The notes below the pieces were generated by a model. It was not told where the DNA came from and ran no database searches. It saw only the letters and a program-made list of their open reading frames with translations. From Eledone cirrhosa (Eukaryota), in NCBI GenBank assembly GCA_964016885.1, contig OZ024742.1:49600001-49664000 (forward strand): a DNA stretch of 64,000 nt, read 5' to 3'. Positions 55,845 through 64,000 of the stretch are shown in pieces. The translations under genes and the position numbers were made by a program. Position 1 is the first letter of the stretch. Each line of letters opens with the position of its first letter.

Positions 55845-55970
55845 GGGTATGTATGTTACATTGCTAACTACTTCTCATATAACCCTAAAAATTGTGACTG
55901 TTTTACACAAAATAAATCCACAGGTATTGAAACTGCAAAATGCAACAGAAACTTAGCTTTAAACACTGAC
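55088..55970. repeat. Long inverted repeat (arms about 55088-55418 and 55707-55970)
   Basis: GTCAGTGTTTAAAGCTAAGTTTCTG.. is mirrored by ..CAGAAACTTAGCTTTAAACACTGAC. The left arm has about 75 extra bp and the spacer is about 290 bp. Confidence 0.93.
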
Positions 55971-57049
55971 ATCATCATCAGCGCTATCTGTCTTTCTTCC
56001 ATGCCTGCATAGGTTAGACATGTCATTTTCTGAGGAATGATGGTGAGATAAATGTGTCCTGCTCATATGAAATATTCTTGCATTGTCTCTACTGTTCAAT
56101 GCCCTTCCAAATACCAACCCCTTCACAGCATGTACTGAGTACATTTTAACATGATACCATACCATATATATATATATATAAATCAAAATGGATGCAGTAA
56201 AAATTTGTTAAACGATTACTCACCAAAGTACTCGATACTTAGGGTAGTAGAGTGTGGTAATATGAAGGAGTCAGGACACAAACAGCTGAGTCTTGCCATT
56301 TCAAGAGCCAGTTCCAAACTCTCTCTTGATGTGTGTGTGTGCCTCTGTATGTCAGCGTATGTGTCTATATATTGGTGGGGGTGAAGCAATCAATATTTCT
56401 GCTATTTTGGTGAATATTTACATGAATATTGATTTTCAAACTGACATAATCTCTTAATGCTTTTGAAAAATATTTGCCCTGTTTCTGTCTACAGTATTCC
56501 ATGATACTGGATTATCACGAATACATTTTCCTATCAACCTTATAACATTTCAACCAATTTGTTGTATTCATTTTCCATTCAATCTCTTTTCATGCAAACA
56601 ATGTGTGCTGCTTTCACAAGCAGCACCTGATCCCTCTGATTTCCAGAAGCTTTCTTAGCTGTTAAGTCTAATATTCAGAATCACATTACAGATCTTTGAA
56701 TTGTATACATAATTTGTAATGCCAGGAAATTGCCTCTCCATACCATTAGAGGATTTTCAGATCATAAAAGTTTCACATTGGAAGAACTAGTAAACTAGAA
56801 GAAATGGTATACTATAGCATCTGCCACCACTACTATCACTATTACTGTTACTGAAGATTTCTTAAATTGGCAAGAGACAACAAATATGTAAAGAAAGATG
56901 AGAAAGCATATTTGATTGGATTATTTCTTGCACAAGACCAATTTTTATTCTATATGTGCCCTCAACAATTTGAACAAATAGATAAAAGGATACAGTGAAA
57001 AAATTGCATATCATTTTAACCTGTGGTTTTACCATTCCATCTAATTTAC

Positions 57050-57665
57050 AACATGGCAGCAAGTCATTAGGCCATTGAATTAAAAATACCTTGGTATTTG
57101 TTCTGGCTCATTGTGTTCTGAGTTCAAATCCCATTTAGTTCAAACTTGCCTTTAATCTATTGCCACCACCACCACCAGAACCACTATTACTACTAGAAAT
57201 AAATTTGCTCTAGTTGAGATTTGAAGTTCATAGTTAAGTACTGTATGATATTTTGTCAGATTGTATGCTACATCTGCTACATCTGCCTCTTATCCAATGA
57301 AAGAGCTCTCTACATGCTTCAATTGATATAATTAGCAGCTAAGTCTCCATACATTTTCCCCTACCATCACTGTAATACAGAGCCAGGAATTTGGAAGAAG
57401 GAGAAAGTCAATTATATTGATCTCAATACTTAACTGGTACTTTATTTTATTTACATCAGAAGGCAAATTTGACCTCAGCAGGATTTGAAATCAGAATGTA
57501 GAATGTCATACTGCAAATTATTTTGTCTGATGCTCTACTGATCTCCCAATTCTTTTGCTCTCCTCAACATCATAATAACTATAATTTTTAATTTAAACAC
57601 AAGTACAATAATTTATGGGAAAGGAAAAAGCTGATTAAATCGACCTCAGTACTTGACTGGTACTT
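57050..57665. mobile_element. Cluster of degenerate SINE family A pieces on both strands
   Basis: CTGAGTTCAAATCCC on + near 57118. Reverse motifs GGTACTTTATTTT, GACCTCAGCAGGATTTGAA and TAAATCGACCTCAGTACTTGACTGGTAC. Confidence 0.65.
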
Positions 57666-57688
57666 CAAACCACAGCCCTTGTCATCCT

Positions 57689-57691
<3 letters not shown>

Positions 57692-57743
<52 letters not shown>
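57692..57743. repeat. (AAT)n microsatellite, left part of an array split by two retrotransposons
   Basis: About 17 AAT units. Further pieces lie at 58035-58061 and 63903-63929. Confidence 0.95.
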
Positions 57744-57744
<1 letters not shown>

Positions 57745-58034
57745 CAGTGGTTGTAGGCGCTCTGGGAATGATACCTAAGGGGTCTAATGATTACTTATCG
57801 CAAATCCCAGGAAACCCGCGTATAGGAGAAATACAAAAGATAGTACTAATGGGAACTGCCCATATACTAAGGAAGATTCTGTCAATATAAGTACATCACA
57901 AGTCTAAACACTAAAGATGCATGTGTGAGTATGTATGTTCTTCCTTGAACATGGCGTACCTTGTTGTCTCTTGAGGTCACTGGTTGTGACTTGGTGATAA
58001 CTCGTATGAACATAAAGCAAGATAAATGCAACTG
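57741..58034 (+). mobile_element. 5'-truncated R4/Dong-like non-LTR retrotransposon (C-terminus of restriction-like endonuclease plus 3' UTR)
   Basis: Manual translation of 57741-57890 gives IPVVVGALGMIPKGSNDYLSQIPGNPRIGEIQKIVLMGTAHILRKILSI*, typical of RLE-type elements. It is flanked by (TAA)n on both sides, the known Dong target type. Confidence 0.8.
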
Positions 58035-58302
58035 TAATAATAATAATAATAATAATAATAATGTTTTCTTTATTAACCACAAGGGTTTACATAAAGTAGA
58101 CAGTACAGGACAATACAGGACGGTACAAATGGGCATTTCTGTGTGTAAAAAAAACAGAGGATGTAATAAAATAACAAAGAAAAATGCCCCAATAGGGGGG
58201 GGGGGGGACTTCCGAGGGACATTTGTGGAGAAAGCCCATTAAAAGACCACAGTGACCCTGACCACCAGGGCAAGTGCCCTCTCCCAGTTTTCCACCTTTA
58301 AT

Positions 58303-61300
58303 TTACAGACACATACTCAGAGAAGGCCCATTCATTCGGGCCATACTTGCTTCTCTCACCCATCTTTCAACAAAATGCTGGGAAGAGAGCACTTCCCTCT
58401 CTACCCTGATTTTCCTTTTCAAATGAAATTTGAAAAAGTTAATCAGGGCATCACCGAAGAGGTAAGTGCTCGTCTTCAGCCCTTTCAAACGTGTCCACCA
58501 TACTATCTCTTTCGCCATGGCCACCAGACAGATAAAAACTGCCTGCCCTTCCCGGCTAAAGGAAGAGGGCGGGGCAATCCTCACGATGGACTCAGCTGAT
58601 AGCCGGATCCGTCCTACACGTGACAGCAGGTGTTCGACATAAACCCACAAGTCAGCAATGTTCGGACACTGGACGAGTGCGTGCAGGACAGGGTCGTCGC
58701 CCTGTGTGCATCTCGGACATGCCCGGCTGACGGCACCTCCATGCCTGTAGAGTTTATCCCGAACTGGCAAAGCTCCCCGGTAGCACTGCCAGGCCAGGGA
58801 TTTCTGGAAGTTGTCCATAGGCACCGGCCCGAAAGTCCTTCCTAAGAGATTGGCTAGTTGATTTTCGTCGACGCCTAGAGTTTCTCCAAGTACGTCGTCG
58901 CTCTTCCTCTCCACTAATCCCCTATAGAACGCCAAGGTGGAGTTTCCACCGATCACATTGCCCGATTGGTCGAGAACTGTGAGCGCCTGAAGACATTCCA
59001 GTCTCCAAGCGCTCCCTCTCGGTCTTCGCTTGATCCAGGACTGCAGCTCCGTCAAGGAGACGAGCTGGGGAAAAACATGTCTAGCAAACCGCGACCACAC
59101 CTGATCACCGCCGAGGAAGAGGTGGAGATGTCGTAGCCTGAGCGCGTGTATGCGCATCATCAGCCACGGCATGCCCAGCCCTCCACGTAGCGGGTGTTGA
59201 CAGCAGATGGACCGCCTGACTATCGGAGCGCGTCCCTTCCACAAAAAGCGAAAGAGCAAACGCTCCAGCGCAGTCAGGCGGGGCTTAGGACAAGGTACGA
59301 CGGTCAGGCGGTAGTAGATGACGGACGCGATGTACGCGTTAGCCACATCCGCTCGACCTTTCAGGGATAGCTTCCTCTCGGCCCATTTCTGGGTGAGAAA
59401 AGCCACCCTGCTCGTCACCTCGTCCCAGTTTTTGTCCGTCTGGAGGTCTGGACCGAACCAGACCCCTAGCAATTTAACTGGTCCGTCCGTCCAGCGCCCG
59501 ACGACGCTGTTGGACGGCATGGACCTGCCTCTCCAGGTGCCGAGCTGCAGGCCCACTGACTTTTCCTGGTTGATCATTGCTCCTGTCACCGCTTCGTATT
59601 CTCTTAGTGTAGTGCCGATCGCCTCGATGTGTTTAGCGTTCGACACCACTACGGTGACATCGTCCGCATATGCTGACACGGATCTTCCGCATCCTAGTTC
59701 GCGCGGGACGCCCCTCAACGTCTCCAGTTTGTGCAGTAATGGCTCAATACGTACAATAGGGACGAGAGGGGACATCCTTGGCGGACCGAGCGCATGATGT
59801 TGAACGGTTCCGAAAGGTGACCGTTCACTCTCACTACAGAGCAGATGTCGCTGTGCATGGCAGCGATCCAGCCTCTGAAGATGGGCCCAAAGCCAGCCGC
59901 CCTCAGGACTGCCGCTAGGTAACGATGGTCGACCCTATCGAAGGCTTTCGACTGATCTAAATTGATCAAAGACCCACCCGTGCCAGGTTCCCTAGCTACC
60001 CTCTCTACGATGTATCGCATGAGGTGGAGGTTGTCGTGGATGGATCTGACGGGAATGGCGCATGTCTGCGCCTCTTCCACCAGACCACCAACGACAAGCG
60101 CCAACCTCTTTGCTAGCACCTTGGCAAAAATCTTGAACTCTGTGTTTAGCAGAGTTATCGTCCTAAAATTATCTATGTTATCACCCTTGTTCGGATCCTT
60201 TCTCAGCAGCGCCACCGCTCCTCGGCTCACAGAGCTGGGAATTCTCCCGTTCTGTTGCCAGTTGCAGTAGACGTCCGCCAAGAGGCCTCCGAACAAGTCT
60301 GGCATTTGTACGTAAAGTTCATCCAAACCAGGCGATTTACCCCTCGTGCAGCCAGTCATTTCCTCCCGTACTTCAGCGGTTGTTATCGGCTTTTCGCAAC
60401 ACTCCGCCTCAGTGGCCGAGAGCCGCGGCAGTCCGTCGAGGTAGACACTAAAGACCATCCCTCGATCCGGCCAGCCGCTGCCCCCGAACAGCTGTGCGAA
60501 GTGTCGCTGAAAAGCTTCACACATTTGCCCGGGATCGAGTAGCATGCGCCCGTCGTGGTCCACCAAATACCGGATCGTGGCTTTGTTGCCACGACGTGCC
60601 TCCGGCACTCGGGCCCATTGAACAGCTTTCGTCCCCTCGTGTCTGAGAGCACGCACCCTAGCTCTGACAACGCAGCCTTCGTGCTTTGCATTGAAGTATT
60701 GGTCAAGGGCCAATTTCGCCGCAAGTACGTCGGTCGCGATGCCTTTGCTAAGCGCTTCGTCTAATTTTCTAACTAATTCTCCCTCTGCTCTATTTTTCTC
60801 TATTGCTAAAGCCTTACTAAACCTAGTGGACTCTATTCTAATTGCTCTTTTCAGAGCAAACCACCACTTGTTGTTGACGATGGCCCCCGTCAACGCCCGC
60901 TTAACTAGTTCGCTAATCCGGTCTCTGTAGGCCTTGCGCGCTGGTAAGGACGCGTTTAGCTTCCAGTAGCCGGGTCCTCGTCTATGAAGCCTATCTAAGT
61001 CAAGCACACAGATCACGAATTTGTGGTCCGTGTAGCTGACTATCTTGAATTGTGGACATCCTATGCTAGACCTATCTATTTCCCTACAAATTACTCTATC
61101 TAGATATGATCTGGATGACCATATGCGATTTGTCCAAGTCCACATTGGCACATTCGGGAAATCCAATCGGTACCTGTCACACAGTTCAAAACGCCTGAGC
61201 AAGTTGGTGAGACTCTTGCACCCTCCTCCCCTATCTACTAATACCACACAGTCCCAGCGTGTATCTAAGATCCCGTTCCAGTCGCCCACTAACAATAAAG

Positions 61301-61703
61301 AGCGGGACGTTCCAAGAAAGGTCTCCGGACGCCGGAAGAAATCAGGCCGCCCTGCTCCTGTCGGGGCATAGACGGCCACTAACCTGAAAGCTTGCCCGTC
61401 TCCGCTGGTCACGTCCAGCACCATCAAATTACCTACTGGGTCCAGGAAGATGGCCCGTATGGCAAGATCCAAACCTCTCCGAAAAAGCACAGCAACTCCT
61501 CCCCCCGATCCCGGACGGCTGGGAGATGCGTACACATCGTAGCCGCCGAAGATCGGTGCGAAAGCCTGTGCTTCGGAGATTCTGGTCTCGCTGATGGCCA
61601 CTACATCTATGTTTAGTGACCTGAGGTCGTTGAGCAGGTGGCCCTGCTTCCATGACGACCCCAAGCCACGCGCATTTATGCTGCCTAATCTGAGTGAGGT
61701 CAT
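58303..61703 (-). pseudogene. LINE ORF2 (AP-like endonuclease, reverse transcriptase, C-terminal zinc finger), one frameshift near 59750
   Basis: ORFs 59715-61703 and 58303-59775. APE motifs SINARGL, ISETR, VYAP, LVGDWN, YLDRV, TDH. Linker GYWKLN. RT motifs SPGLD, DQSKAFDRV, RQGCPLS, AYADD. C-terminal CPRC..H...C. Confidence 0.93.
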
Positions 61704-61728
61704 GTTGAAATGGAGTGGAAAAGGTCAC

Positions 61729-63688
61729 TTACCTTACTTCTCCTAGAGGAAGGATGGTTTCTCCATGTTTTTCACTGCTTGTGGCCTCCTCGGGAAGGAT
61801 GTCCTTATAAATCCTCCTGGAGAGTGCCTGTCGGAAGTCTCCGATGTCTTTGGGGAATTTTTGTTTTAGTGTCATGTACGTTTTCTGTGTGATGCGAGTG
61901 ATTTGTATGTGTGGAGGTGGTGTGAACTTTTGGGTTGTTGTGTAGTCTTTTTCTGTGATGCTGGTGTTGTGTTGGATGTAGTGTAATAATTGGTTGTTGT
62001 TCAAATTTAATGCTGTATAGTGTGTCTCGATTTGGTTGTTTTGTTTTGTTTGCGTTTGTTGTGGGTTTGTTTCTGTTTCGCATTTTGGTGACTTTTGTGG
62101 TGTAGGAGATGGTGGCGTTGGGGTTAATGATGGTGATGGTGTTGGTGTTTGTGGTGATAGGGTTGGTGATGATGGTGTGGATGGTGGCATGTCTGTCCTA
62201 ACTTTTTTGTTTGATAGTTTATTTGTTTCCCTCTGTATTTTGTTTTTGGAGGGGGAAGGAAGATAATTTTTTCTTTTTTGGTTTCTTTTTTTCTATTTTC
62301 CTGATACCGTTTCTAACTCCTCGTCGTCACAATCTGTCTCCAGTTGTGATAGGCCGGGGAGTGGAAAATCCTCCACAGGCGTTAGTTTTGGTTGTGGCGT
62401 GGTGGATGGTGTAGGCGCTGGTGCGAGTTCTGGCGCGTTGGGTGGTGGTGGTGGTGTTGGTTTTGCTACTGTTGCTGGGGTTGTTGCTGTTACAGTTGCT
62501 TCTGTTGTTGCTGCTACAGTTGTTGCTGCCATCTCTGCTGCTGTTGGTGTTGATGGTTGAGTCACTGGTGTGGGTAGGAGAGGTGACCTCAACCTTTTAG
62601 CCTGAGGGCAGAAAGCCCTTAGGTGGGTTCCTTCACCACAAACGACACACCTAGCCTTCTGCCCTCGACAATTACGGTGAGGTGGCTTCCGTCAGTGAGG
62701 TCTATTACCTCTGGGATCTCCTCAATGCTTTTTTTGGTCCGCTTGGATCAGGAGCTCCATCCCAGATCCAGACCATTTCTCCTGCTTTTCTTTCGCTATT
62801 TCTATTATCTTGGTGTTAGCGTCGATGCCGGCGAGGACGGCAGCTATTAGCCAGGGAATTTCGATGGCCGGTGGAACGTTGGTCACCCTGATTTTTACGA
62901 TTCTTTGGCCACAATAGCTTGGGACGAGTGTGAAGTCGTCACTTCTTAATGGGGCCATGGAGTGATCTCTAGCCTGGTGTTTCAAAGAACACGTCCACGG
63001 TTCCATACTTCTGCCCACGTCTGATGTGGGTTTTTTTTCCTACACATGTCTCAAAGCTTTTGTGATTTTTGGACTCGGATGCCCGTTCCACTCGGCGTGA
63101 TTTTACATTAATTGTTCGATAAGACACGCTGCATAGGCGCCGATGCTCCATTTTATTAGGTGTGGGGGGGGGGGGGGGGCTGACCCTGTACCAATCTTTC
63201 TTTACCATTTTTTTGGCTTCTTCCAATTCCTCCTGAGTTACCTGAAATGCTTCGCACTGTTTTGCTACTCTGGCAAAACTCAGGGGGGTTTTCTTAATGT
63301 CATTGTTGCTGTTGTTGTTATCGTTATTTTTGTTAATATTAATTTTAGTTTCAGTTGTGGTGGTGGTGGCGTCAGTGGTGTTCGGTGTGGAAGAGTTCAT
63401 TTTGGTTGAATTCATTTCGACATCACGAGTTAATTTATTTTTTACTTTTGTTTCTGCTGTCGCGGTGGTGGTGGGGGTGGTGGTTGTCGCGGTGGTGGCG
63501 GCTTTAACACCTGCTGTCATTGGTAATGGCGGGAAATGAATGTCTGCCTGAGACAAATTTAAAATATTGTAACTGCTTATATTTTTAGTGTTGGCAAACG
63601 TAGTAATATTTACAATGGTGGTGTCGGTGTGAGGTGTTAGTTTGTGAGGAAGGCTCTCAGCTGCTTGGTGCAGAGTTGAATCAGCCAT
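61729..63688 (-). pseudogene. LINE ORF1 (gag-like, CCHC zinc knuckle, Thr/Pro-rich tracts), several frameshifts
   Basis: ORF pieces 62969-63688, 62722-63018, 62293-62592 and 61729-62190 chain together. Manual translation near 62608-62650 gives CVVCGEGTHLRAFC (CX2CX4HX4C). The stop lies 25 bp before the ORF2 ATG. Confidence 0.8.
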
Positions 63689-64000
63689 GATTTTCTTTTC
63701 AAAGAAATTTTTTGATAATCATAAAAGTTTAAATTTTGGGCACAAGGCCCCAATCTTTTTGGGTGTCCTTTTCAGATAACAATGTATGTGCACTTATATA
63801 CAGTTAACAATACAAAAATTTCCATAAATGGCAATTTTAAATAACTGAAAATAATAAACCTTTGCGGAGCTCACGATGATACGATTTACTACGTAGGTCG
63901 CCAATAATAATAATAATAATAATAATAATTACAGACCGATAATTTGCTTGACCACAATGTATAAAATTTTAACATCAGTCCTAAGTGAATATACATATAA

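Larger units (their letters stand above)
58062..63902 (-). mobile_element. Near full-length L1/Tx1-type non-LTR retrotransposon (5' UTR, ORF1, ORF2, 3' UTR) inserted in an (AAT)n array
   Basis: About 5.84 kb, bounded by (AAT)n at 58035-58061 and 63903-63929. Sense strand starts GGCGACCTACGTAG and ends CCTTGTGGTTAATAAAGAAAACA before (TTA)n. It has a two-ORF layout with a CCHC ORF1 and an APE-RT-zinc finger ORF2. Confidence 0.93.

Noticed and set aside
58252-61892. Plus-strand ORFs overlapping the LINE (and 28177-28781 over the transposase)
   Set aside because: They are antisense shadows of GC-rich coding sequence with no motifs.

Overview
AT-rich, microsatellite-dense eukaryotic non-coding DNA. 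The repeat families look like those of a coleoid cephalopod, probably an octopus; this is inferred from SINE/RTE motifs, not proven. No complete host gene is visible, and one good candidate 27-nt microexon (37387-37413, +) suggests the window lies in a large intron. Nearly all short ORFs in the track are (TA)n/(CA)n artefacts. Real coding remnants are all transposon-derived: a near full-length L1/Tx1-type LINE (58062-63902, -) sitting in an (AAT)n array, a 3' fragment of an R4/Dong-like RLE retrotransposon in the same array, a full-length DD37D (maT) Tc1/mariner element, several RTE-type fragments (one with a PHD finger inside the RT, one with a twin-priming-type inversion), a probable non-autonomous Helitron, and about 20 copies of a tRNA-derived SINE. 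Two observations stand out. (1) Two tandem type I hammerhead ribozyme motifs 478 bp apart, with covarying stems. (2) The SINE shares its 3' terminal motif (CCTTGTG-N8-AGAAA..ATTATT) and an ATT-repeat target preference with the Tx1-type LINE, suggesting a LINE-SINE pair.
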